From the NCBI GenBank assembly GCA_030390025.1, contig CM059431.1, positions 109,742,001 to 109,806,000 on the forward strand: 64,000 nt of DNA, read 5' to 3'. Within the stretch, counting starts at the first letter, position 1. Each line of letters starts with the position of its first letter. The DNA comes from Squalus acanthias (taxonomy: Eukaryota). Below, piece after piece: positions 52,992-64,000 of the stretch. The position numbers and the translations under genes were made by a program. Under the pieces are notes generated by a model. It was not told the DNA's origin, did no database searches, and was given only the letters and a program-made list of their open reading frames with translations.

Positions 52992-54390
52992 TGTAAAATT
53001 CGCAAATTATCGCGATTCAAAAATAACGAGAGAGAGATACAGTTTCGTTCAAGTAGTTTTATTTCAGCGAAATGCTGTCATGTTTCAAAACGGACACAAG
53101 AAGCCTGTAAAATGGCCGCCGCGCCTCGTGGCAGAAGCTTCCAGAATTTTCAGTGGGCAGACAAGATGGCGTTCGAATAAACATTTCAGTATAAGATTGG
53201 TTAATACGCAGCCAACATTGGTAAAGACAGGATGCAACCTGTCTGCATTCGACACAATAGCAAAGATATAAGTGCTGAGAAGTTTGAGCGCCAAGATTTT
53301 ACAAAAGATGAACATTAAGATTGGGCGGGAGATAAGGGAACCGAGTACTATAACTATAGACAACAAACGTCCATCGCTCTCTTATCCTTTCATTCGCTTG
53401 GAATCGACTCTCGGCTCTTATCCCGGACGACCGTTATTCTCTCTTGTTCCGCTGATCCCTTTTGGGGTTGACCTCGTGGCGTGCTGCGAAATCGGGTGCA
53501 CCATCCTGAAGGTCGGTAAATGGTGTCTGGACCCGAAGGCCCGAGGAGATGGGATGAGATGAGAAGAGAAGAAGAAGAATCCACGTGCCGCCGCGGTCAG
53601 TAAACCCCGACCGCGCCCGTAAATATAAAGACCATTTTTGAACTCTATCAGGTTACTGCATGAACTGGTCAAAGACTTTTCTTTGAATTCTATCGACAAC
53701 CGGTGTCAATACAGGAAGACTCTTCTTTGAATTTTACCGGTTAAGTGGTGTCGGTCCAGAAAGACTTTTCTTTGAGTTCTACAGCCGGGCCCGAGCACTG
53801 TCGAGTTCTTCATGACAACGGGGAGCCCAGCCTGCTAGCTGGAGCAGAGAAGATAAACAAGTGGGGTACAGAGACCCCTTCCACCACGTGACAGTCAGGT
53901 GTTGCAGCGAAACAAGCCGAGTGCCTTATTTTAAAATTCTCCGAAGTATCACGAGTGGTGAGCATGTTTCCTCAATCCTACAAATCTAGATTAGTGTAGG
54001 TATTGATAGGGGAGGGTGATTTTATTAAGGATAAATATAATGTGTTCCCCTTTTTACGATGTGCCGTGCGTTCCTCATTACCCTAAACCTAGTTTTATAA
54101 ATGTATGTAAGCTTGTACTGTCATTAATCTGTGCTTATGACATGTATTTCTTAATTTTGAACAATATGCAATAAAGATTTCCATTTCGTACTATTCAACC
54201 GGGTCTACCTGAGTTTTCTCTGCATTACTGCTCTCGCACCTAAGTCCAGTGTCAGAACCGTAAGGGCGAGTGGGTCGAACCACTCACAGGTGCTTATTGC
54301 AACAAGGCTGGCCGGAGACCAGAGCAAGCAATAGTATTAGGCAACGAAGGCCTAACCCCGCACAAGCACCCTGAACCGAAACCCCTTACA
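52992..54390 (+). mobile_element. Solo LTR (~1.4 kb, Gypsy or ERV-like)
   Basis: TGTAA...TTACA termini; 4-bp TSD CATT (52988-52991, 54391-54394); AATAAA at 54170-54175; no adjacent PBS or internal sequence; related copy at 60585-61977. Confidence 0.85.
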
Positions 54391-55917
54391 CATTCTGTGA
54401 AATCAGAAAGATGTGTTGGATAAACCAGTTGGAAAATGGAATGTCAGGAGAAAAAAAAATAGGCCAGAGTGTTTTGAGTTCAACAAAGGAAGTGCAAAGT
54501 ACCTCAGTGGAAGATCTGGAGCTACCTCACAGTGCACTCACAATGCCTCCACATACCCAATAGCAAAGCGTATACCCACTCGCTTCAGTTGCATTAATGT
54601 GTTGCTTGTGTAATGATCTCTTTTGATGTGCGTTGAAAGCTAATTACTGAGGTGTAACTGATACTGCAATACGAGGAGACAGATTAGTAAGGCTTGCTGC
54701 TCTACCGCAAATAATGCTTTTCCTCGGTAATTATTTTATCTGCGGTGCATGGCTTTATTTTGTTCATGCATTAACCGCTGTGATAGAACTGGCTGCCTGC
54801 TCTCAAATAAAACATGCAGGATTGTTACCTTTATTCAGCAAATGGCATGAAGGAATTAATATCATATCGTTTTGAAATCCACTCAATAGTGTTCTGCATT
54901 AGAAATGTTCAGAAACGCCATTTTGCGCACATTGTACGAAGGAACACTTTTCTATTTTCAAATTAACAGATGAGTGTATAATTAACCTGAGGTATCAGAG
55001 TTCGGTTCCCCCATTCAAGGCCCTTTGCCTTCGCTTGCTGACGATTAGTTGATGGCTTGATCCCTGCTGCTCCACTCACACACTGCTCCTCTTCCCCCTA
55101 CCCCCCCCCGACCCCCGACCCCACAACACCACCCCCACCCTCCACCCTGCCTTCCTGCACCAAGAGTAGTGTCAAAGTCCCTGCTGGTTTGATTCTCATC
55201 TTTCGCCTAATTAACAGGAAGATGCAAGCACTGGTATACAGGGGTATTGTCGTTGATCTGCATATAAATCATGATGTGGTGATTCTATCCAGTTGATGGA
55301 TTCCATTTATAGATTTGTACTGTGTAGAACAAAAGTAGTACATGTCACGAGGGGTGCCCACATATCAGGATAGGTAGAAGCGGAAAATGGTGAACAAGTG
55401 AATGTCAATTCAATGACTTAAATCTCATCTTCCTGTTTCTCTTTAAATGTAAGCACCCCATTACATGTAATTTCAAATATAAGTGATATTTGTAGTTGGG
55501 AGAGTATTTTATACCACACTGAATGTTAAATATTAAATAAATGGTTTATGGTTATTAATTATAACATCTCTAACATTACTGTGTATGTGATACCTTGGCA
55601 GGAAAGTCAATTATATGTAAAGTTGGATGAAATTCGTTTCAAATCCCTTTTTGCACAGGTTTTTTTTTCCCCGGCATCTAATTTTTCTCCTCCCAGATCG
55701 ACAGCTCTGAATTTGACTGAAATAACACATCCATAGTCATTCATAAATATTACATTTAGACTGTAACAACACCATTAGCCAGGGTGGGGCTTAAATTACT
55801 AGTGCTTTTCATACAAAATGTTAATATTTCCCTCAAAATGTAAATTTCTCTCAAGTTGATTTGGGGGGTGGGGGGCGGGGGGGAAGTGTTCTGTGCGTTC
55901 AGTCTGACAATATATAA

Positions 55918-56595
55918 AAACAACAACAAATTGCATGTATATAACGCCTTTAACATAGTAAAATGTCCCAGGGCACTTCACAAGTGCGTTATCAAACAAA
56001 TCGGGAATGGTAGCATAGTGGGCTAGTAATCCAGAGACGTGAGTTCAAATCCCACCATGGCAGCTGGGGAATTTAAATTCAGTTAATTAAATAAATCTGG
56101 AATAAAAAGTTAGTATCAGTTATGGTAACCATGAAACTATCGGATTGTCATAAAAACCCAACTGGTTCACTAATGTCCTTTAGGGAAGGAAATCTGCCAT
56201 CTTTACCCGGTCTGGCCGATATGTGACTCCAGACCCACAGCAATGTGGTTGACTCTTAACTGCCCTCTGAAATGGCCTAGCTAACCGTTCACCACACGGA
56301 CGGCAGCAGTTCAAGAAGGCAGCTCACCACCACCTTCTCAAGGGCAACTAGGGATGGGCAATAAATGCTGGCCTTGCCAGCGATGCCCAGAACCCAGAAG
56401 CAAAAAAAATTAAATTTTGACACCGAGCCACATAAGGAGCTATTAGGGCAGATGACCAAAAGCTTGGTCAAAAGAGGTAGGTTTTAAGGAGGGGAGAGAG
56501 GTTTAGGGAGGGAATTCCAGAGCTTAGGGCCTAGGCAGCTGAAGGCACGGCCACCAATGGTGGAGTGATGAAAATTGGGGATGCGCAAGAGGCAG
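55918..56595 (-). mobile_element. L2 3' end, split by a SINE insertion
   Basis: 55918-56001 plus 56410-56595 match 42560-42855. Confidence 0.82.
56003..56409 (+). mobile_element. tRNA-derived SINE (tentatively MetaSINE type) with a Zenon-like LINE tail
   Basis: Head GGTAGCATAGTGG...GAGTTCAAATCC; core CTGGTTCACTAATGTCCTTTAGGGAAGGAAATCTGCC; last ~110 nt match the LINE end at 13730-13840; poly-A. Confidence 0.78.
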
Positions 56596-57171
56596 ACAAT
56601 ACCATAAGTATACAATAAAATTGTGGTGTTACGAGACAGTAACATGTTGATGGGTTCAGGTGATGGCATAAATCTCCAATAAAAAGCTCAAATGGTTAAT
56701 CAGTAGCATCTAAACCCGGAGGTCTGCTACAACCTTAAAACACAGGTCAACCTGTTCTTGTTTATAAGGAGTAATTTTGCAAGACTGCACTGCAGGTGGA
56801 GAACCTCACCCACAGACACCACAGGTCAGGAATTCGGGCGAGTGCTGCCCGTGATTTTCAGAAGAATATTTACAGTCGGAAAACTGTGGGATGTGGTGCA
56901 CAAGCTTCTGAAATGTGCTCCCAATGGGCAAGGTTCCCCACCAGCAATGCAAACTACAAATATAACTATATAACACATTTAACGTAGAAAAATGTCCCAA
57001 AATTCCCCCCCCCTTAATGTATAAACACATAATTATTTAATTTTCAGCAAGTATTATTTTTGCTGGCACTATTATGACATGAACCAGTGATATTGAACAC
57101 TTGATTTCAATTATTGAGTTTATTTCACTGCATGTTACTGGGCAATATCGTATTCTGCATATATTGCTATT

Positions 57172-57530
57172 AAGTGTTAGCTTGACTCAATTGATTGCAT
57201 TCTCACCTCTGTCTCAGAAGGTTGTGCACTGAAGTCCCGCTCCAGGTCTTGAGCACATAATCTATACAATGCAGTGTAGTATTGATGGAGTGCTGCAATG
57301 TCGGTGATGACAACCTTCAGATGAGTTGTTAAGCCAAAACCCAGTCTGCCTGCTCAGGTGAATATTAAAGATGCCATGGTACTCTTTTGAAGACGAGCAG
57401 AGCATTCTCCCAGTGACCTACCAACATTCCTCACTCAAACAGCACAAAACGTCGATTAACTGGTTATTCATCTTTTTGCATTTTGTGGTATTTTGCTGTG
57501 TGTAAAATGGCTGCCATTTTTTGCCCATGT
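57172..57530 (+). mobile_element. Old diverged DeuSINE
   Basis: Degenerate family match. Confidence 0.7.
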
Positions 57531-58107
57531 AAGTGGCCATGCTTTAACAGGTGGAGACATTTATTTGCCTTCTTTTTAAACTGTTTTGGTTTAATGTTGT
57601 TGTTCAATTACGGTTATTAGTTTGGTTTGTTTAAAAAACTAGTTTATGTGAACCATCCTTCCAAGAGCTTTTAGTGATGTTGCCCTTTAAGAGGAAGCAA
57701 TTAAGATATCCCAGTATTATTGGATAGTTCCACAGTCACTGCAGCCTGGTTTAAAATTGAACCCAGGAGACAGTGGCTTCAACTTAATTAATTTAAGTTT
57801 TAGATAGTCTTATTTTTTTCCCCTCTTGAATTTGTCCCACGGCTGGCTTATTTAAATGCTTCGATCCAAACTCTGGCTCTGGGTCTGAGCATAAACACAG
57901 ATAGTAGAACAGTACCACAAAGTTTTGTGCTTGTAATACTGAAAGATCCTCAGAGGTAGAAGCATAATGAAAGTTTTTTTGTTAAACTGGTCATGAGATT
58001 ATTTGTTAACAGTATATGTGTAGCAGCCCCATGATACTCTCCAACAAACCACTCCCGTACTTGTACATGGCAAAGAATTATATGCTTCAATTAGCAGAAA
58101 AATATAT

Positions 58108-58906
58108 GGGAGGAAAAATTGGGTATCGCCCATTTTGGGGCGCTAATATAGGCCGGGCGCAAAGTTTAGTGCCCAGCGTTAATTATCACCTCCGACTGCA
58201 AAATTCGCCTCTATTGCCCCTGGAGGTGATTTGCGTGGTAAATCAGGCGCTTCACACCTCTCTTAAGGCGCAAACATCAGGGAGCGAGGCGCTACCTCAG
58301 AGCGCTACCGAAGCTCAGGTGATGCCAATTACCATGGAAGCCAGACAGACTGGCGCCGTCCAGTTCTTAAAGGGGAGGGGCCATCTTGCTGGCCAGCCAC
58401 ACCCTGCTCATTGCAGCCTTGAATCTCGGCCTGGAGAGACCGCGAAAGCAATTGTGTTGGAAGCACTAATGGATAGGCCCAGGGAAAGAGCTCGGCGCTT
58501 AGGAACCTCAAAAGTGGTGCTGAGGGCCAAAACTCCTTAGGACAACGTTAAAACCAAAAATTTTGCCGACAAGAAAAGGCAGGTAGCGCCCGCCTTTAAA
58601 TAGCGCTCCCCCCAGCCCCTTCCCAACTTGAAAACGGTCCCCTCTACCTGTCGTTCCTAGCGTCAGGCGCTAAGGCAGGGGGCGCGACTCAATATCCGGT
58701 CCGGGGCGCTACCGGGGCGTTGCACGCTTGACTGACGTCACGATCTGTGGGCACAGAGGATCGTGGCGGTAGTATTTAGCAAAACGACTGGTCAATTTCG
58801 TGAGCGGTGCTAAAATCGCCGCGCTCAGGCGCTAAGTTCCTAGTGCCCTGTTAGCGCCCCCCGGAGGCGCTAATGGGAGGCGCTAAACAACCACATTTTT
58901 TCCCCC
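58108..58906. mobile_element. PIF/Harbinger-type non-autonomous element, shorter relative of 31654-32877
   Basis: TIRs GGGAGGAAAAAT...ATTTTTTCCCCC; TSD TAT/TAT. Confidence 0.82.
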
Positions 58907-60584
58907 TATATGTATAGGTTGTTTGGTAGTGTAACAACAGGCATTGAATATGTTACAGATGTATTGTAAATTATTAATCATGGTAACTGAAGAATTAAAG
59001 TAAGGAAAGATAAAAAAGAAAAGGTCCACTTTTTAATTAAACATCAGAGATGTAATTCAGATTACAAGGTACTAGTTTAGTAGCAACAAAGGATTGCACT
59101 GAATATTTAATATTGCACTGAGAAAAATAATAGCATACATGGAAATCCACTTCACTTCAAAAAATATAATGCATAATGTAAATGCTCTCATAGACTCCTC
59201 TTTCATACCCACAAGAGGTGTGCTGCACATGTTTAACAGAAATGGCTAAGTAGTAACATTGTTCACTGAGGCTCGTGGGGGTGTTGGAGTATTATTGTTG
59301 CTTTTGTGGTTTGGAAAACACAGGCCTGAGGTCAGTGTGGCCCTAATAGCATTCCTGCTAATATCTCTGTCAATGCTTCTCCCATCAGCTGGGGTAAAAG
59401 TGAATCTGCTCATCATTCATGCTCCTTGTCACATTCCTTGTACTGCTGCCCTCGCTTGATGTATGCCTTCTGTTCATGTTGCTCAACCTGGATAAAACAT
59501 TATCTGTAGCTTTATTGTATCTCAAATACTTGCTGCTGCGTTTTCCCTAATTTCCCCCATCCTGTGCCTGTTTGCCTTTGTGCATAATGAAGCACATCAT
59601 AGCAGTAAGTGTGCTTGACAGGTATTGGTGCCGACTGCTATTTAAAAAAAAATCTGCATATTATCATCATTATTATTATACTTATCACATGTTACAGCTG
59701 AGCAATTCGTAATAGTTTATTTCCCAATAGGCAACACACGCTTTATTACAGTCGTTTTCCCATGAAATAGTATCAGATAGACGTTATTCACTGGATGGTA
59801 CTCACATCCTTCACTATTACACTTGTAAATGTCAAACTGGGGCACATTATTATAGGGCAAGTACATTGGAATTAAAGTGAGGTCGCACAATATTGAAAAC
59901 CAGTTCCACCAATCGAATGAAATATTCATTTTCCATATGGGTCATCAATTGCTAATAAAATGTTTGCTTTTCAGTAAGGGGTTGTAAAGGTAATGACTGA
60001 CATAAGATCATGGAAGTGACATTGTATGACTCCTGACTTATGTAAATATGGTTAATGTAGCTGTTTGGAGAAATACCTAGCACTGTAATAACAGTCTTGA
60101 TAAGGCTACATCTCTACAATCAGTATTGTTTCACAACATCGCAAAGGAAGCCAAATGTAATGGTTTCCACTTCCATATACCATGACGTAATAATCCCACC
60201 AAATAATTCTGCTAGCGTTAAGCGATTCGCCCACCAATGAATAAAGCAGTCTGAATACCCCCAAAAAATTCTAACGTGAAACCCTAGGATTATAATCTCC
60301 GTTCAGTCCGTAAGGGGGACCCCGAGCTTCCGGTCGCCTGTCACTTTAATTCTCCGCTTCACTCCCACTCTGATCTCTCTGTCCTCGGCCTCTTACACTG
60401 TTCCAATGAAGCTCAACGTAAGCTCGAGGAACAGCACCTCATCTTTCGATTCGGCACTTTACAGCCTTCTGGACCCAAAACTGAGTTCAGCAATTTCAGA
60501 CTGTTGATGATTCTGCCATCCCCATTTGCAACATTTAATCTCTCCTGCCTCCTACCCTAGCACAGAATGTTCCTTCCTCCCCTC

Positions 60585-61977
60585 TGTAAGGGGTTTCGGT
60601 TCAGGGTGCTTGTGCGGGGTTAGGCCTTCGTTGCCTAATACTATTGCTTGCTCTGGTCTCCAGCCAGCCTTATTGCAATAAGCACCTGTGAGTGGTTCGA
60701 CCCACTCGCCCTTACGGTTCTAACACTGGACTTAGGTGCGAGAGCAGTAATGCAGAGAAAAACTCAAATAGACCCGGTTGAATAGTACGAAATGGAAATC
60801 TTTATTGCATAACGTCCAAAATCATGAAGTACATGTCATAGGCACAAATTAATGACAGTACAAGTATACATACATTCATAAAACTTGGTCTAGGGTAATG
60901 AGGAACGCACGGCACATCGTAAAAAGGGGAACACATTATATTTATCCTTAATAAAACCACCCTCCCCTATCAATACCTACACTAATCTAGATTTGTAGGA
61001 TCGGGAAACATGCTCACCACTCGTGATACTTCGGAGAATTTTAAAGTAAGGCACTCGGCTTGTTTTGCTGCAGCATCTGACTGTCACGTGTTTGGAGGGG
61101 TCTCTGTACCCCACTTGTTTATCTTCGCTGCTGCGACAAGCAGGCCCGACTCCCTGTTGTCATGAAGAACTCGACAGAACTTGGACACGGTTGTAGAAGT
61201 CCAGAGAGACAATCAAAAGCTCACCAGTCAAGCGAGTCCATGAAGCGGCAAGCGAATAAGAGTTCAGCAGTCATCAGCCAGATAAGACCGTTAAGAGTTC
61301 AGCCCGAGTCAAGAGTCAGCAGAGATAAGAGTCGAATCCAGAGAATAAGCCCCTCGATGGACATTTGTTCACTATAGTTATAGTGCTGTGTTCCCTTATC
61401 TCCCGCTCAAATCTTAATGTTTGTCCTTTGTGAAATGCTGGTGCACAAAACTCCCAGCATGGGGCAATTCTTTCCTTTAATTGGTATTGGTAGCACCTGA
61501 AACTGGCCAACTATCCGTTAATGTTTTCCCCATTGTCGAACCGGCTAGCAGTCTCCCTGACTGGGTTTGGGGCGTTCTCGAATACTGACTTAATCACCCG
61601 TGAATGGCTCTCTCATTGTAGAGCCGTGGGGAATTTGCGTATTGATGTATCAGGATGGGCCTCCGATTGCCCAGTACAATGGTCCTTACTTGTGCATGGA
61701 AAACAATTCCAGCACTTATCTCTTGCTATTGTGTCGAATGCAGACAGGTTGCATCCTGTCTTTATCAGTGTTTGCTGCGTATTACTTATAAATGTTTATT
61801 CGAACGCCATTTTGTCTGCCCACTGAAAATTCTGGAAGCTTCTGCCACGAGGCACGGCGGCCATTTTACAGGCTTCTGTGTCCTGTTTAATCATGACAGC
61901 ATTTCGTTGAAATAAAACTGATGAAACGAATCTGCTTTATCTCGTTATTTCGAATCGCGATAATTGCGAATTTTACA
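60585..61977 (-). mobile_element. Solo LTR, same family as 52992-54390
   Basis: TGTAA...TTACA termini; 4-bp TSD CCTC (60581-60584, 61978-61981); TTTATT at 60801-60806. Confidence 0.85.
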
Positions 61978-62041
61978 CCTCCCCTCCCCCTTTCGCTGCC
62001 TCTGCACCTGCTTAAAATCTGTTGCATTGCTAGCCTTTTCC

Positions 62042-62078
62042 AGTTCTGATGAAGGGTCCCAGACCTGAAACGTTAACT
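62042..62078 (+). ncRNA. Minimal hammerhead ribozyme motif in the Penelope 3' repeat
   Basis: AGTT-CTGATGA-A-GGGTC-CCA-GACCT-GAAA-CG-TT-AACT. Confidence 0.78.
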
Positions 62079-62439
62079 CTGTTTCTCTCTCCACGGATGC
62101 TGCCTGGCCTGCTGAGTGCTGCCAGCATTTTCTGTTGTTACCTATGATTATATTATTAGGAACTCAAATCAATTAGAAGCACACATCAATTCAGTTCACA
62201 AATTTGATATTCAATCTTATATCTTATGTAACCCATAAACTCAGCTGCTGAGGTACTCGAAGAGCTCATCGGTTGACTGGCCCAATAAAATGTACCCAAA
62301 GCTATTCACAAAATTGCAAAATAGGTTTTGAGGAAGAAGGCTCTTCAGCCCATTTGATACCATCCTTTGAAGACTAAACCTATTGGCTTCCTATGAATCC
62401 AGGCTGCAATACCTTTTTTCTCCATTACATTACAACAAT

Positions 62440-62547
62440 CCTACATTACAACAGTGACTACACTTCAAAAGTACTTCATTGGCTGTAAAGCACTTTGGGA
62501 CGCTCTGAAGTCATGAAAGGCGCTGTAGGAATGCAAGTCTTTCTTTC
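62440..62547 (+). mobile_element. DeuSINE tail fragment
   Basis: CTACATTACAACAGTGACTACACTTCAAAAGTAC...GCAAGTCTTTCTTTC. Confidence 0.8.
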
Positions 62548-62662
62548 ACAAAAATCGTCTCAGGCAAAATTTCAACATTTTGTTAAACAGAACAATGAAT
62601 AGGGCGATTCTAGGTTAACAACAGTTGGTGATTGAGAGTATATTTCATTGATTATAGACAAT

Positions 62663-63886
62663 GGCCCGTAATTTGCGGTCAGCGGTGAAGCAAAGGCGTT
62701 CGCCACTGGCCCCGAAGTAAGCTTCCCACAAGGATCTTGCGATCTCTGCGACGAGAAGTTCGGCTTTTCCGACGTGCAGCTGAGATCAGCGCAAGTTAAT
62801 GGGGAATCCCTGACGCCAGCTGCTGTGACCGCAACAAGCTGTCCAAGCAGCCAATCACAATGCAGAATTCTCACAGACAGCGAACCAGGAAGTGGGTAAG
62901 CTCCTTTGATTCTAACTTTTAAAAAATGTTAGAGAGAGCAAAAACAAAGATTGGGGGCTCTCGCATTGGGGAAAAGGCAATGCTGAAATAAAGATGGACA
63001 AACTTCTAAAAAAAAATTTAAATTAGTTTTTCAGGGCCATAACCTTTGTTGAGCAGTCAATATGCTGTTAAAACCCCAGTTACACCTAATCCAAAAGGGT
63101 TTAACTTTTAATGGGGTATTTAACAGCGATATTACCGTGGAAGAGCTGATGTTTCCATCTGTGCAGTCTGTGGAGGAGCAGTGAATGACAGACCGCAACT
63201 TCAGGATACCTGCGTTAGGCTGCACATGTGCTAAATCACATAGAAACATAGATGACAGGAGCAGGAGTAGGCCATTCGGCCCCTCGAGCCTGCTCCGCCA
63301 TTCGATGAGATCATGGCTGATCATCCAAACTCAGTACCCTGTACCTGCCTTCTCCCCATATCCCTTGATACCTTTAGCTTTAAGAAATATATCTAACTCA
63401 TTCTTGAATATATTTAATGACTTGGCCTCAACTACCTTCTGTGGTAGAGAATTCCACAGGTTCACCACTCTCTGGGTGAAGAAATTCTTCCTCATTTCTG
63501 TCCTAAATGGCTTACCCCCTATCCGTAGATTATGACCCCTGGTTCTGGACTCACCGACCATCGGGAACATTCTTCCTGCATCTAGTTTGTCCAGACCTGT
63601 CAGAATTTTAGATGTTTCGATGAGATCCCCTCTCATTCTTCTATACTCCAGCGAGTATAAGCCCAATTGACCCAATCTCTCCACATATGTCATTCCTGCC
63701 ATCCCAGGTATCAGCCTTGTGAATCTTCGCTGAACTCCTTCCATGGCAAGAACATCCTTCCTCAGATAAGGCGACCAAAACTGCACACAATACTCAAGGT
63801 GTATCCTGAAGTTGCGGTCAGTTTCAAAGGCGAAATGACGGCGAACGCTGCCGGTTTGCCGTCATCAGGACCGCAGGTTCCAGGCC
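62663..63886. mobile_element. PIF/Harbinger-type MITE containing a CR1 insertion
   Basis: Imperfect TIRs GGCCCGTAATTTGCGGTC...GACCGCAGGTTCCAGGCC; TSD AAT/AAT. Confidence 0.75.
63238..63800 (-). mobile_element. CR1 3' fragment
   Basis: [26 protein letters not shown]...WNSLP. Confidence 0.92.
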
Positions 63887-64000
63887 AATGTTACTCAATG
63901 CTAGCAGACATATCTGATCAGCATCAAGCCTCAAAAAGAAAGTCAGTAAACTTAGTTCTTAGCGAAAATCTACCAACACCAAGGAAAAGGATTGTGAACC

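Larger units (their letters stand above)
60295..62140 (+). mobile_element. 5'-truncated Penelope-like element interrupted by a solo LTR
   Basis: From 60297 LRSVRKGDPELPVACHFNSPLHSHSDLSVLGLLHCSNEAQRKLEEQHLIFRFGTLQPSG = C-terminus of a PLE GIY-YIG endonuclease; hammerhead at 62042-62078; 12-bp TSD CCTAGGATTATA (60283-60294) / CCTATGATTATA (62141-62152). Confidence 0.85.

Noticed and set aside
53671..53782. Repeat-spacer-like pattern suggesting CRISPR
   Set aside because: Only three short degenerate repeats, inside a eukaryotic LTR, with no cas genes
52992..61977. One large composite transposon with 1.4-kb inverted termini
   Set aside because: Each repeat has its own distinct TSD (CATT, CCTC), so they are independent insertions

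Overview
Eukaryotic, repeat-dense, apparently intergenic or intronic DNA, most likely from a cartilaginous fish (inferred from HE1-type V-SINE, SacSINE1-type DeuSINEs and HER1/CR1 LINEs). I found no convincing host protein-coding exon, and nearly all informative ORFs in the track are transposon fragments. Contents: (1) a full-length but inactivated Ty3/Gypsy element of the CsRn1 lineage (9329-13656; LTRs, tRNA-Trp PBS, CHCC Gag knuckle, TGCT TSD); (2) two related ~1.4-kb solo LTRs in opposite orientation with swapped internal modules but almost the same length; (3) a Penelope-like element remnant (GIY-YIG C-terminus plus a minimal hammerhead ribozyme motif); (4) several short derivatives of it, including a 236-bp near-perfect palindrome with two opposed hammerhead motifs and a 14-bp TSD; (5) many PIF/Harbinger MITEs and decayed transposase/Myb remnants; (6) hAT MITEs; (7) RTE, L2, Tx1 and CR1-group LINE fragments and three SINE families. 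TE-free AT-rich blocks may hold conserved non-coding elements (unverified). All coordinates were read by eye; those of degenerate repeats are approximate.
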